Assembly (NCBI GenBank): GCA_017473165.1
Contig: JAFUNA010000032.1
Span: forward strand, 4,182-68,181
Reading direction: 5' to 3'
DNA length: 64,000 nt
Origin: Clostridia bacterium
Lineage (GTDB): Bacteria > Bacillota > Clostridia > Oscillospirales > Acutalibacteraceae
Shown here: positions 30,325 through 40,134 of the stretch, piece by piece
Position numbering within the stretch: the first letter of the stretch is position 1
Layout: the number at the start of each line of letters is the position of its first letter
Made by a program: the position numbers and the translations under genes
The notes under the pieces: generated by a model
The model's input: only the letters and a program-made list of their open reading frames with translations
What the model was told of the DNA's origin: nothing
Databases searched by the model: none

Positions 30325-32121
30325 TTATTTGTAAAGAGGACCGTAGTTTTCGCAAGCTCTGAAGTCTGCACCTTCAAGGTCCTTTGTGCCGAATGCACCC
30401 CAGCAAGCGGGACGGAAAATCTTTTCGTCGGGAACGTTGTGGAGAGCAACGGGAATGCGGAGCATTGATGCCATTGTGATGATATCGGCACCGATGTGAC
30501 CGTAGGAGATAGCGCCGTGGTTTGCGCCCCAGTTGTTCATGAGGTCATAAGCCGACTTGAATGCACCTTCGCCTGTGCATCTGGGTGCGAACCATGTGCA
30601 GGGCCATGTGTAGTCTGTTCTCTTCCAGATGATATCCGAAACCTCGTCGGGAAGGTTAACTGTCCAGCCTTCAACAATCTGAAGAACGGGGCCGAGACCC
30701 TTAACAAGGTTAAGACGAATCATTGTTGCGGGCATTTCAGCTCTGGTAAGGAAGCGTGAGGAATATCCGCCGCCTCTGAAATAGCCGTTGTCTGCTGCGT
30801 TCCATGTTGTTGCGTTAAGAATTGTGTCAGCATCAGCCTCTGTAACGTTGTACCACTCTTTGATGATACCGTTGCCGTTTTCGTCCTTAACTTCGCCGCA
30901 AGCGTCAAGGCAGCAAGCACCGGAGTTGATGAGGTGGATAAATCCGCCTGCATCCTTTGCCTTGCCTTCGATGTCATAACCTGTAACTCTCTTAACAGCG
31001 TCTGCACTCCAGTGAGTACGAACGTCGGCAAACATCTGGGGTCTGTTGGTGAGCAACTTCATGAAGAGCATACCGATGCCGTTGAGAACATCGTTTTCTG
31101 TTGCAAGGATGTAGGGCTCTCTTGTGCCTTCCCAGTCAAACGAAGTGTTGAGAAGAGCCTCTGCGAAGTCAGCGTTGGGGTAGAAGTCTGTCCACTGTCT
31201 CTGACCCTGGAAGCCTGCTGCGATTGCATTGTGGCCAACCATTTCTTCTTCTCTGCCCTCGGGAAGGTTGGGATTGCCGTTCATGAGGTCCTTGATGATG
31301 CACATCATCTTAACAACGAATTCCCAGTCCTTTTCTTTCTGCTCGTCGCTCTTTTTTACGAAATCGGGGTTCTTATCGAAGCCTTCGGTGCACTTTGCCT
31401 TTGTCCAAGCAAGAGCCTTCTGATATTCAGCCTCGTCATAAATGCCTTCGGACATTCGGCGAATGATTTCAACCTCGTCAACCGATTCAACTCTCATGCC
31501 GAGATATTCTTCGATGAAATCGGGATCGATTGATGAACCTGCAATACCCATGCAGATTGAACCGATCTGAAGGTAGCTCTTGCCTCTCATTGTTGCAACT
31601 GCAACAGCTGAACGTGCGAAGCGGAGAAGCTTTTCTTTAACGTCATCGGGAACTGAAGCATCGTCAGCATCCTGAACGTCCTTGCCGTAGATACCGAAAG
31701 CGGGGAGACCCTTCTGTGCATGAGCTGCAAGAACCGATGCAAGGTAAACAGCGCCGGGTCTTTCTGTTGCGTTGAAGCCCCATACACCCTTGATTGTGTT
31801 GGGATCCATGTCCATTGTTTCGGAGCCGTAGCACCAGCAGGGAGTAACGGAAAGGGTGATGTCAACGCCTTCCTTCTTGAACTTTGCTGCGCAGGCAGCT
31901 GCTTCTGCAACTCTGCCGATTGTTGTGTCAGCGATAACAACCTTTACGGGGTCGCCGTTTGAGTAGCGAAGATTTTCCTCAAAGAGAGCCTTGGCTGTTT
32001 TAGCCATGTTCATTGTCTGCTCTTCGAGTGAACCTCTTACGTTGAGGGGTCCTCTTCTGCCGTCGATGATGGGGCGGATACCGATAACGGGGTAATCGCC
32101 GATAAGTCTGTTCTTTGCCAT
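30325..32121 (-). CDS. fucI: L-fucose isomerase
   Basis: [43 protein letters not shown]. Confidence 0.97.
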   Translation of the reverse strand: MAKNRLIGDYPVIGIRPIIDGRRGPLNVRGSLEEQTMNMAKTAKALFEENLRYSNGDPVKVVIADTTIGRVAEAAACAAKFKKEGVDITLSVTPCWCYGSETMDMDPNTIKGVWGFNATERPGAVYLASVLAAHAQKGLPAFGIYGKDVQDADDASVPDDVKEKLLRFARSAVAVATMRGKSYLQIGSICMGIAGSSIDPDFIEEYLGMRVESVDEVEIIRRMSEGIYDEAEYQKALAWTKAKCTEGFDKNPDFVKKSDEQKEKDWEFVVKMMCIIKDLMNGNPNLPEGREEEMVGHNAIAAGFQGQRQWTDFYPNADFAEALLNTSFDWEGTREPYILATENDVLNGIGMLFMKLLTNRPQMFADVRTHWSADAVKRVTGYDIEGKAKDAGGFIHLINSGACCLDACGEVKDENGNGIIKEWYNVTEADADTILNATTWNAADNGYFRGGGYSSRFLTRAEMPATMIRLNLVKGLGPVLQIVEGWTVNLPDEVSDIIWKRTDYTWPCTWFAPRCTGEGAFKSAYDLMNNWGANHGAISYGHIGADIITMASMLRIPVALHNVPDEKIFRPACWGAFGTKDLEGADFRACENYGPLYK

Positions 32122-32158
32122 AATAGCATCTTCCTTTCTATAGTTGATGTATATATTT

Positions 32159-33625
32159 TTATTTTATAACCGCTTTGAATCTCTCGTAAGCTTCTGCCCA
32201 TTTGTCGGCATCGACGGGAGAGTATTCAACGGTTTTTTCGCTGGCTTTAACGATTTTTCGGGCTTCGGCAACGTTTTCAACCGCACCGCTTGCCATAAGC
32301 TGAACGGCGATGTTACCGAGAACGGTTGCTTCAATGGGACCTGCAACAACCTTGCGGTTGCAGGATGAAGCGGTCATCTGACAAAGGAGAGTATCCTTTG
32401 TGCCGCCGCCGATAACATGAATTGCGGGATATGTTTTGCCTGTGCAGTCCTCAAGGTCGTCAAGGGTGAGGCGGTATTTCATTGCAAGGCTTTCATAGAT
32501 GCAGCGCATAACCTCGCCGACGCTTTCGGGCACGGGCTGACCTGTTTTTTTGCAGTAATCCTTTACACGCTGCGGAATGTTGCCGTGAGGCACAAATTCG
32601 GGAGCATCGGGGTCGATGAAGCACTTGAAGGGCTCTGCGGCAAGGGCAAGCTTTTCAAGGTCGGCATAGGAATAGTCGCTGCCGTTTCTGTTCCAATGAC
32701 GGCGGCTTTCCTGAATGAGCCAGAGTCCGATGATGTTCTTGAGGAAGCCTACGGATGAATCGCAGCCGCCTTCATTTGTAACGTTCATCGCAAGGGATTT
32801 TTCGTTAACGATGGGCTCTTTGAGCTCTGTTCCGAAAAGCGACCATGTTCCGCTTGAAAGGAAGGCGAAATCCTCGCTTTCGGCGGGAACGGCGGTGATT
32901 GCACTTTGAGTATCGTGACCGCAGACGCTGATAACGTCAACGTTTTCGATGCCGCATTCCTCGCAGATATCGTCTGTAACCTTGCCGAGAACGCTGCCCG
33001 AGGGAACGATTTCACCCAGCAGGCGTGAGGGGATTTCGAGTCTGTCAAGCAGACCCGTTGCCCACTTTTTGGTTTTGAGGTCAATCATCTGTGAGGTGGT
33101 TGCGATTGAATATTCGGTTGTCATTTTGCCCGTGAGCATATAGCCGAAAAGGTCGGGCATAAAGAGAAGCCTGTCCGCTCTTTCAAGAATGTGAGGGCGG
33201 TACTTTTTGAGGGCATAGAGCTGATAAATCGTGTTCAGCTCCATGAACTGAATACCCGTTGTTTCGTAAAACTCCTTGTTGGGAACGGTTTCGGCACATT
33301 CCTCGATAAGACCCACGGTTCTGGGGTCACGGTAGTGAACGGGGTTTTCAAGAAGGCAGCCGAATTCGTCAATCAGACCGAAGTCAACGCCCCAGGTGTC
33401 AATGCCGATGCTGTCAAAGCCGCCTGCCTGCTTGGCTTTGATTATGCCCTGCTTGATGTTATAGAAAAGGCGCAGAACGTCCCAGTACATGGTGCTGCCC
33501 ATTTTTACGGGGTCGTTTGAAAAGCGGTGAACCTCTTCGAGGGTGATTTTTTCGCCGTCGAATTTACCGAGAATGGCTCTGCCGCTTGATGCGCCGAAGT
33601 CGATTGCTAAAACACTTTTTTTCAT
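32159..33625 (-). CDS. Rhamnulokinase-family sugar kinase, probably L-fuculokinase here
   Basis: [28 protein letters not shown]; lies between fucU and fucI. Confidence 0.9.
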   Translation of the reverse strand: MKKSVLAIDFGASSGRAILGKFDGEKITLEEVHRFSNDPVKMGSTMYWDVLRLFYNIKQGIIKAKQAGGFDSIGIDTWGVDFGLIDEFGCLLENPVHYRDPRTVGLIEECAETVPNKEFYETTGIQFMELNTIYQLYALKKYRPHILERADRLLFMPDLFGYMLTGKMTTEYSIATTSQMIDLKTKKWATGLLDRLEIPSRLLGEIVPSGSVLGKVTDDICEECGIENVDVISVCGHDTQSAITAVPAESEDFAFLSSGTWSLFGTELKEPIVNEKSLAMNVTNEGGCDSSVGFLKNIIGLWLIQESRRHWNRNGSDYSYADLEKLALAAEPFKCFIDPDAPEFVPHGNIPQRVKDYCKKTGQPVPESVGEVMRCIYESLAMKYRLTLDDLEDCTGKTYPAIHVIGGGTKDTLLCQMTASSCNRKVVAGPIEATVLGNIAVQLMASGAVENVAEARKIVKASEKTVEYSPVDADKWAEAYERFKAVIK

Positions 33626-34047
33626 TGAATAACTACGCCCTTTTTAAGAATGATGTTTGCATAGATTGCGGTTTCGCCTGTTGCGATAACGGCATAAGCT
33701 TTCTTTGCTCTGTCATAGAAAGCAAAACGCTCAACAAGCTCAATATTCTTTTCGCCTTCCTCGGCGGTGATTGTCTTTTTGTAGTCAGCCCAGATGGGAG
33801 GGGGATTTGATGCGTCGCCGTTGTCCATGAGAGCAACGGGAGCCTCAACGTATGTATCAAGGGGCATGAGCTTGAGGATTGCGGCAAGGATTTCGTCAAC
33901 GCCGTGACCGTCAAGGCGAACAAGACGCTGTGCAATTGAAGCTGCGGGGAAGTTGCCGTCGCCGATAACGATTTCGTCGCCGTGACCCATTTCCATAAGA
34001 ATTTTGAGAAGCTCGGGGGAGATGATGGGGGAGATGTTTTTAAGCAT
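33622..34047 (-). CDS. fucU: L-fucose mutarotase (RbsD/FucU)
   Basis: MLKNISPIISPELL, MGHGDEIVIGDGNFP, ERFAFY, YANIILKKGV. Confidence 0.95.
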   Translation of the reverse strand: MLKNISPIISPELLKILMEMGHGDEIVIGDGNFPAASIAQRLVRLDGHGVDEILAAILKLMPLDTYVEAPVALMDNGDASNPPPIWADYKKTITAEEGEKNIELVERFAFYDRAKKAYAVIATGETAIYANIILKKGVVIQ

Positions 34048-34085
34048 GGGATTTATTCCTTTCTTTATGTGAATTCGGTTTAAGT

Positions 34086-34308
34086 GTGGGGCGGGGAGCT
34101 TGCTCCCGCCGCAGGTTTTTAAAGTGCAAAGTTTAAAGTGCAAAGTGCAAAGTTAAGGGTCTGCGACGCTTTTATAATTGGGTACGGGCAGAGCCCGTCA
34201 TTAACTCGCCGCAGGCGAATATCACTTTCGGCAAAGCCGAAAATATCACATTGCATAGCAATATATCACACGGCGTTAGCCGTATATCACTGTTTCGCTT
34301 TGCGAAAC
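34086..34308. repeat. Chimeric block: REP hairpin, AAAGTGC heptamers, GACGGG module and four inverted GTGATAT-hairpin units
   Basis: ATATCAC units end at 34225, 34249, 34269 and 34290; heptamers at 34121-34153. Confidence 0.85.
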
Positions 34309-36092
34309 TACATAACCGCATACATTTTATACATGTTGCTGTAGATTCCGCCTTTTTCCATGAGCTCGGTGTGTGAGCCGTGCTCGGTAATTCCGTCCTC
34401 GGTGAGCACAACGATTTCGTCGGCATTGCGGATTGTTGTCAGACGGTGGGCGATGGTGAGGGTTGTTCTGCCCTCTGCAAGGCGTTCAAGGCTTTCCTGA
34501 ACAAGCTTTTCGCTTTCGTTATCGAGAGCCGAGGTTGCTTCGTCGAGCAGAAGAATGGGAGGATTTTTGAGGAAAACCCTCGCAATTGAAATTCTTTGTT
34601 TCTGGCCGCCCGAGAGCTTGACTCCTCGCTCACCCGTGTATGTATCATAGCCGTTGGGGAGTGCTGAAATGAATTCGTGAGCACCCGCCTTTTTTGCGGC
34701 TTCAATGATTTCCTCGTCGGTTGCATCAGCCTTTCCGTAGATAAGATTATCACGGATTGTACCCGAGAAAAGATATACGTCCTGTGCAACAACGCCGATG
34801 TTTTCACGCAGGGAGCGCAGGGTGATGTCCTTTATGTTTTTGCCGTCAAGCAGAATTTCGCCGCTTTCGGCTTCGTAAAATCTGGGAATGAGGTTGCAGA
34901 GGGTTGTTTTTCCGCCGCCGCTGGGTCCCACAAGAGCAATGTTTTCACCCTTTTTGATATGCAGGTCAAGGTGATGAAGAATTTCCTTTTCACCCTTGAC
35001 ATAGCTGAACGAAACGTTTCTGAATTCTATATCGCCCTGAACGTTTTTGATGTCAACCGCATCGGGGCTGTCGGTAATTTCGGGCACCTCGTTCATGATT
35101 TCCGCAAAACGCTCAACGCCCGTTATGCCGCGGCTGAATTGCTCGCTGAAATCAACGATTGTGCGGATTGAGCCGAGAAGGGTCGAGATAAGCAGAAGGC
35201 TTGCTGCGAAGTCGCCGGAAGAAATAATGCCGTTTTTCATCAGCAGAGCACCCATGCCCACAACAACTATATAGGTCACGCCGTCAATGAGCTTGACCGT
35301 TGCGTGAAACTGCGACATATATTTATGGCTCTTGTTTCTTATTACAACGTAATCCTCGTTGCCTTTTGAGAATTTATCCTTTTCGGTTTTTTCGTTTGTG
35401 AACGAACGCACAACACGCACGCCGAGCAGACTGTCCTCAATTCTTGCGTTGATTTCGCCAACCTGGTGGCGGCCCGCCTTGAAGGTGTCACGCATTTTTG
35501 TTCTTGATTTCTTTGTGAGAATAATCATGAAGGGCATGAGAATAAAGATAACCAACGCAAAGCGGATATCCATTGTTGCAAAGATGAAAAAGCTTGCAAC
35601 GAATTTGACAACCGTCATCAGCACCATTTCGGGGAAATGGTGAGCCCATTCCGCAACGTCGAAAAGGTCGGAGGTCATGCGGCTCATAAGCTGACCGACC
35701 TTTGTGTTGTCAAAGAAGGTGAAGGAAAGCGACTGAAGATGGTCAAACATATCCTCACGCATGGCGTTTTCGATTTTTGTTCCCATTTTGTGTCCCCAGT
35801 AGGACTGGCAGAAGCTTGCAAGGCTGTCAAGGCAGCGGAGCACTATGTATGCAACGCAGATTGCTGCAATCAGCTCAACTGTCAGACCTGCGGGGTCGGC
35901 TGTATTCTGGTCTGTGATTTTTCTGACGATAAGGGGCAGAATGATTTCACAGGTGGCAGAGGTTGCGGCACAGGCAAGAACAATCAGCTCCGTGCCGAGA
36001 TGCTTTTTGAGATAGGGAAAAAATCTTTTGATAAGGGCAATGTTCTTTTGAGTTGTGCTTGATTTTTTCTCCTTTTCGGGTTTGGTGCTCAT
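34308..36092 (-). CDS. ABC exporter, fused permease/ATPase (consensus NBD)
   Basis: GPSGGGKT, LSGGQKQR, LDEATS, AHRL; start chosen by RBS spacing. Confidence 0.95.
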   Translation of the reverse strand: MSTKPEKEKKSSTTQKNIALIKRFFPYLKKHLGTELIVLACAATSATCEIILPLIVRKITDQNTADPAGLTVELIAAICVAYIVLRCLDSLASFCQSYWGHKMGTKIENAMREDMFDHLQSLSFTFFDNTKVGQLMSRMTSDLFDVAEWAHHFPEMVLMTVVKFVASFFIFATMDIRFALVIFILMPFMIILTKKSRTKMRDTFKAGRHQVGEINARIEDSLLGVRVVRSFTNEKTEKDKFSKGNEDYVVIRNKSHKYMSQFHATVKLIDGVTYIVVVGMGALLMKNGIISSGDFAASLLLISTLLGSIRTIVDFSEQFSRGITGVERFAEIMNEVPEITDSPDAVDIKNVQGDIEFRNVSFSYVKGEKEILHHLDLHIKKGENIALVGPSGGGKTTLCNLIPRFYEAESGEILLDGKNIKDITLRSLRENIGVVAQDVYLFSGTIRDNLIYGKADATDEEIIEAAKKAGAHEFISALPNGYDTYTGERGVKLSGGQKQRISIARVFLKNPPILLLDEATSALDNESEKLVQESLERLAEGRTTLTIAHRLTTIRNADEIVVLTEDGITEHGSHTELMEKGGIYSNMYKMYAVM

Positions 36093-36208
36093 TTTCATTT
36101 CCTCTTTCAACAGTTTAACAACATATATTATGTAATAAAATTATAAAAAAGTAAAGAGTGTTTTTGTTAAATGTTTCAAAAATTTAATTATTAAGGCGAT
36201 TTTTGATT

Positions 36209-36267
36209 TTCTTAATGATTTCTTAAGGATTTACCTACTTTTTTCTTAAAGATTTATCGGCTATAAT
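36209..36267 (+). promoter_or_regulatory. TTCTTAANGAT direct repeats and TATAAT -10 box upstream of twin microproteins
   Basis: Repeats at 36209, 36220 and 36243; TATAAT at 36262-36267. Confidence 0.65.
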
Positions 36268-36318
36268 AAAGCCATGATGAACGCCGGAAACAACGGCGAA
36301 GAAAACGGAGGGAAAATC

Positions 36319-36405
36319 ATGGCAGTTTTTGCAGCAATCGTAATCACGCTCACAGTCACAACAGTAGTTCTTATTGCAAAGGACGATTCACCCGTCGTTG
36401 CTTAA
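36319..36405 (+). CDS. 28-aa hydrophobic microprotein, copy 1 (MAVFAAIVITLTVTTVVLIAKDDSPVVA)
   Basis: GGAGG RBS; paralogue of 36452-36538 with mostly synonymous differences. Confidence 0.85.
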   Translation: MAVFAAIVITLTVTTVVLIAKDDSPVVA

Positions 36406-36451
36406 AGCTGCTGTGAATTAAAAAAGAGGAAATAAACGGAGGGGACAAAAA

Positions 36452-36538
36452 ATGGCAGTATTTGCAGCAATTGTTATTACACTTACAGTTACAACAGGCG
36501 TTCTTATCGCAAAAGATGATTCACCCGTTGCTGTTTGA
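36452..36538 (+). CDS. 28-aa hydrophobic microprotein, copy 2 (MAVFAAIVITLTVTTGVLIAKDDSPVAV)
   Basis: GGAGG RBS; 25/28 aa identical to copy 1. Confidence 0.85.
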   Translation: MAVFAAIVITLTVTTGVLIAKDDSPVAV

Positions 36539-36576
36539 TTGCAAAAACCATTCAAAAATCGGGGACAGAGAAACAG

Positions 36577-36610
36577 AGCCGGGCGAAAAGCCCGGCTTTC
36601 TTCGTTTTTC
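36577..36610 (+). terminator. Terminator after twin microproteins
   Basis: AGCCGGGC-GAAAA-GCCCGGCT followed by TTCTTCGTTTTT. Confidence 0.75.
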
Positions 36611-36731
36611 GGCATCTTAAGAAATTCTTAATAATCTTAAGGATTTCTTAATGCAACAAAATCGGAAATTCCTGCCACATATTAATAGGGTACGCATTAT
36701 GTGTCCGAAAAAAATCGGAGGATAATACACA

Positions 36732-37220
36732 GTGGAATACAACACTATTGAAGAAGTAACATTTGCCATAGGTTTGTTTTTTATGATTCTGGCATGTCAG
36801 GATGCGGTTAAGGATATATTTGAATTTGTGCTGTTCAAGGATTACGGAAATACTCACAGATTCAAGCGTACCTACAGAAAAAGACCCTTGCTGAAAAGAT
36901 TTTTTCTTTTAACGGTTTTTGATGAGGAGCTTATAAACAAATGCAGGCACGAAAGGCTGCTCAAAAAGATTTATCTTGCGGATATAATTCATTTATCGCT
37001 GGGAATTGCCGTGCTTATTATAAAAACATATCTCATTGTCACGGAAAACGCAAAATACGAATTGGCTTTTGTTGCATATTCGGTTGTGCTGATTGTTTTT
37101 TATGTTTGGTACTTAATTCACAGCGTAAGAGGGGACGAGTGGGTTAAAGGCAATTGGAGAGCGGGACAAAGAGAGTTCCAAATCCGTTTGCCCGACGAAG
37201 AGAAACCAAAGAAAAAATAA
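36732..37220 (+). CDS. Hypothetical membrane protein (about three hydrophobic segments)
   Basis: GGAGG RBS, GTG start, 162 aa. Confidence 0.7.
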   Translation: MEYNTIEEVTFAIGLFFMILACQDAVKDIFEFVLFKDYGNTHRFKRTYRKRPLLKRFFLLTVFDEELINKCRHERLLKKIYLADIIHLSLGIAVLIIKTYLIVTENAKYELAFVAYSVVLIVFYVWYLIHSVRGDEWVKGNWRAGQREFQIRLPDEEKPKKK

Positions 37221-37232
37221 GGGGGTGACAAC

Positions 37233-37367
37233 ATGATATCCTTCGCACTTATTCATTTAATGATGATACCGATAACTTTGATTTTGCAATACTTTCCGTT
37301 TCTGAAACCGATAGCCGAAGCACCGTTGGAATTGCTGCTGACGCTGTCGGAAATGTTCAGAGGCTGA
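37233..37367 (+). CDS. 44-aa hydrophobic small protein (MISFALIHLMMIPITLILQYFPFLKPIAEAPLELLLTLSEMFRG)
   Basis: GGGGGTGA RBS directly after the previous stop; not in ORF track. Confidence 0.65.
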   Translation: MISFALIHLMMIPITLILQYFPFLKPIAEAPLELLLTLSEMFRG

Positions 37368-37440
37368 CCGAAACCGCCGGTTGAATATTCTGCGAAATGC
37401 AGAGCTTGCCGTTTTATGAATGAGAAAGGAGTTCAAAAAT

Positions 37441-37596
37441 ATGTTTTTCGGACCGTTTTTACCGTTCGTTCCGATTCTTTTTATTTTGGAATATTTACCG
37501 GAACAAATCGGAGAACCGATTCAGGCATTTATATTAAGCAGCACATATTATTTGGGTTTAGGCGTTGAAGGCATTTTTGATTTTTTGTTTAAATGA
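37441..37596 (+). CDS. 51-aa hydrophobic small protein (MFFGPFLPFVPILFILEYLPEQIGEPIQAFILSSTYYLGLGVEGIFDFLFK)
   Basis: GAAAGGAG RBS; not in ORF track. Confidence 0.65.
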   Translation: MFFGPFLPFVPILFILEYLPEQIGEPIQAFILSSTYYLGLGVEGIFDFLFK

Positions 37597-37618
37597 TACC
37601 TTAAGGAGGCAATGAAAA

Positions 37619-37759
37619 ATGATAGGTCTTTTGAAATCGCTCGTTATCATAGCAGAGGTTTTGTTTATGCCGATTATAATGGCGATAGGGAATCCCGAAC
37701 TGGGACAGGCAATGTTTCAGCAATTGGTGTTGGATCAGATTCAGAATATTTTCGGCTGA
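37619..37759 (+). CDS. 46-aa hydrophobic small protein (MIGLLKSLVIIAEVLFMPIIMAIGNPELGQAMFQQLVLDQIQNIFG)
   Basis: TAAGGAGG RBS at usable spacing; better than the overlapping 37612-37938 frame. Confidence 0.65.
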   Translation: MIGLLKSLVIIAEVLFMPIIMAIGNPELGQAMFQQLVLDQIQNIFG

Positions 37760-37843
37760 ACAAGCGGTTCACGGGACGGGAAATCCGTGCCCTGCACGAA
37801 AAAATCAACACAAACAAAAATCACAAAACAGGGAGGACAACAA

Positions 37844-38407
37844 ATGAAAATAACAAAAAATTTAACGGCAATAATAATGTGCATCGCAATGATTTTAACC
37901 GCAATTCCAATGGCGGCATTTGCACAGGAGCCCGATGAAACTCTTGAGCCTTATATAAAAATCGTGTTCAAAAATTATGAGGATAAAGATATTCTGCCGA
38001 ATGAATCGGTAGAGCTTTATCTTGATTATGAAATGGGAAACAATAATCAGTGTAAGTTTGATTGGTTTGTAGAAGGAGCCGGAACAGGCTATCAATATGA
38101 AAGTGCTTCTCCATGGGAAGGCAGACCGGGTATAAAAGTAACGCCGACAACGCACGGCACGATAACCGTCATTGCAAGAATGTTTAACGGAGAAAAAGAG
38201 CTTGTAGCAAGAGATGAAATAGAAATTACGGTTATTGACGAAAGAAACATTTTTGAAAAAACCTTTGAGGGTATCGCAGATTTTTTTAAATACAGCATTG
38301 CGGGTTTGAGTATGATCGGAATCGCTTCCTTGTTTCTCGGCCTCGGAATTTTTTCCGGAATTGTTGAACTGCCTGCAGCTTTGTTCGATAAGATTTTTAA
38401 ATCCTGA
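37844..38407 (+). CDS. Secreted protein, beta-rich (Ig-like) domain and hydrophobic/amphipathic C-terminal tail
   Basis: GGAGG RBS, signal peptide ending AFA, tail ...ALFDKIFKS. Confidence 0.8.
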   Translation: MKITKNLTAIIMCIAMILTAIPMAAFAQEPDETLEPYIKIVFKNYEDKDILPNESVELYLDYEMGNNNQCKFDWFVEGAGTGYQYESASPWEGRPGIKVTPTTHGTITVIARMFNGEKELVARDEIEITVIDERNIFEKTFEGIADFFKYSIAGLSMIGIASLFLGLGIFSGIVELPAALFDKIFKS

Positions 38408-38431
38408 TAAAACGCAAAGGGGGATATTGAT

Positions 38432-39520
38432 ATGAAAAGAGATTTCAAAAGAATTCTGTCGCTTTTGCTTTGTGCGGCAATGATTTTTACCGTTGCAGGC
38501 ACAGCCTTTGCGTCGGATGAGAGAGCGGTTGTTGAAACAGGCTTCTGCGGCGAGAACGGCGAAAATTTAACATGGACACTCTATGATGACGGCGAGCTCG
38601 TCATCAGCGGCGAAGGAAAAATGGATTGGTATTATGTTAACCTTAAGGGAGAAGACGAATTTTTGGAAGTTCTTCCCCCATGGTACAGCTATTACAGCCA
38701 AATCAAGGTGATTACACTTGAAGAGGGTGTCACAAGCATCGGTAACCATGCATTTGCGGGTGAAAATCTCGGTTACCACAGAGTAAATATTCCCCTGTCG
38801 CTGAAAGAATATGACGGTTATCCGCTTGACTGTGCCGATAATTCCTGTGACTCCGGTAAAACCTGTAATGTTTACTATTCGGGTGACAAATTTGATTGGG
38901 GCAACAACATAGCCCGTATGGAGCCGAAATTCACACTTAACGAAGAAAAAAACGGCTATGTTCGTGAGAACAAAGGGGCATACATATCCTATGATATAAG
39001 CACAAAAACAGAAAAAATCAGAAAAATTGAAATGTGTTTTTTGAACGAAACACCTGAATATTCCTGTGTTCTCTATAAACCGAGTGCAGGAAATCTTGTC
39101 AAGGACAAGGGCGATAAAAAAGAACTTAAAGTTTTTTATAATGCCAACGGCAGAGAAGATATCAAGCTTATATGGAAAACCAAAGGTGACTCTCTTGAAA
39201 TTGAGTATTTTGAAGATGCGGGAGGCACGGGATTGCAGACAAATGCGGTTGTAACCGCTGTCGGTTACGGAACATATTTTGTGTGGGTTGAGCTTGTTGA
39301 CGGCAACGGAAAAGTTCTTGCATCCTCCGAAAAAATTGAGCTTTATACTGAAATATACGAGGAAATGAACTTTTTTGAAAAAATAAGCTATCAAGTAACA
39401 GACATGATTGCACATATCGGGGGAAGATGTCTGCAGCTTGCCTTTACATTAGGAGTATTACTCGAAGTTTTTCTTATGTCGCCTCAAGCCTTCTTTGAAA
39501 TAATTTCGAAAAAAATGTGA
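38432..39520 (+). CDS. Secreted protein with BspA-type LRR cap, Ig-like domain and amphipathic tail
   Basis: CGENGENLTWTLYDDGELVISGEG cap, one LEEGVTSIGNHAF repeat, signal peptide. Confidence 0.8.
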   Translation: MKRDFKRILSLLLCAAMIFTVAGTAFASDERAVVETGFCGENGENLTWTLYDDGELVISGEGKMDWYYVNLKGEDEFLEVLPPWYSYYSQIKVITLEEGVTSIGNHAFAGENLGYHRVNIPLSLKEYDGYPLDCADNSCDSGKTCNVYYSGDKFDWGNNIARMEPKFTLNEEKNGYVRENKGAYISYDISTKTEKIRKIEMCFLNETPEYSCVLYKPSAGNLVKDKGDKKELKVFYNANGREDIKLIWKTKGDSLEIEYFEDAGGTGLQTNAVVTAVGYGTYFVWVELVDGNGKVLASSEKIELYTEIYEEMNFFEKISYQVTDMIAHIGGRCLQLAFTLGVLLEVFLMSPQAFFEIISKKM

Positions 39521-39528
39521 ATTGAATT

Positions 39529-40134
39529 ATGTTTGGATTGATAAGAACAATTACAGGCTTGATTTTTGAAATTATTTGCTCGCTTGCCGTCAGAAAATCA
39601 AAGATAAAAAACAAAAGAAAATGGGGCTTGCTTATATTGTTATTTACGATAATTTCCGTTACGGTTTCGGCATTTTATCCCATAGAAAACAGCGTAATAA
39701 CGTTTTCAAGCCCCGAAAAAGCGTACTCTTATTTTTATCCGGGAAAAGATATTGATCTGGTTGTAAACGGAAATGAAACCGATTTTGTTGTCGGAAACGT
39801 ATCTTATTTAATTTTGCCAAAGACCGAAAAAGGCTGGAAAACCGCAGCAGGCTTTGATTTGAAAACCGTCTGCAGCAAACGCATTGAAGGCATAACCGTC
39901 GCAACAATATATAAAAACAGAAATTATGATGATTTATATGTTGTGATTTCAATGGTTGAGGGCAATCAAAACGAAATCGGTGATAATGTCGGCTCAAAGT
40001 TTTATTCAAAAAAATATGCAGATGCTGAAAAGCACTTCGGAGATTATTATATGTATGTTGCGCATATAAACAAAAGCGATAAACCGTATTGCATAAATAT
40101 AAACGGAGAAGAAATTTTGATAACGGAGCAGTAG
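39529..40134 (+). CDS. Hypothetical membrane-anchored protein
   Basis: 201 aa, two N-terminal hydrophobic segments, in series with the upstream genes. Confidence 0.7.
   Translation: MFGLIRTITGLIFEIICSLAVRKSKIKNKRKWGLLILLFTIISVTVSAFYPIENSVITFSSPEKAYSYFYPGKDIDLVVNGNETDFVVGNVSYLILPKTEKGWKTAAGFDLKTVCSKRIEGITVATIYKNRNYDDLYVVISMVEGNQNEIGDNVGSKFYSKKYADAEKHFGDYYMYVAHINKSDKPYCININGEEILITEQ

Noticed and set aside
36164-36181. Rex-like operator TTGTTAAATGTTTCAAAA
   Set aside because: Imperfect match in very AT-rich DNA with no redox gene adjacent.
36319-36538. Twin peptides as RiPP precursors
   Set aside because: No leader/core layout and no modifying enzyme or peptidase-fused transporter nearby.
37612-37938. 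108-aa ORF
   Set aside because: ATG is too close to the RBS and it overlaps the 37844 gene; the 37619-37759 frame fits better.
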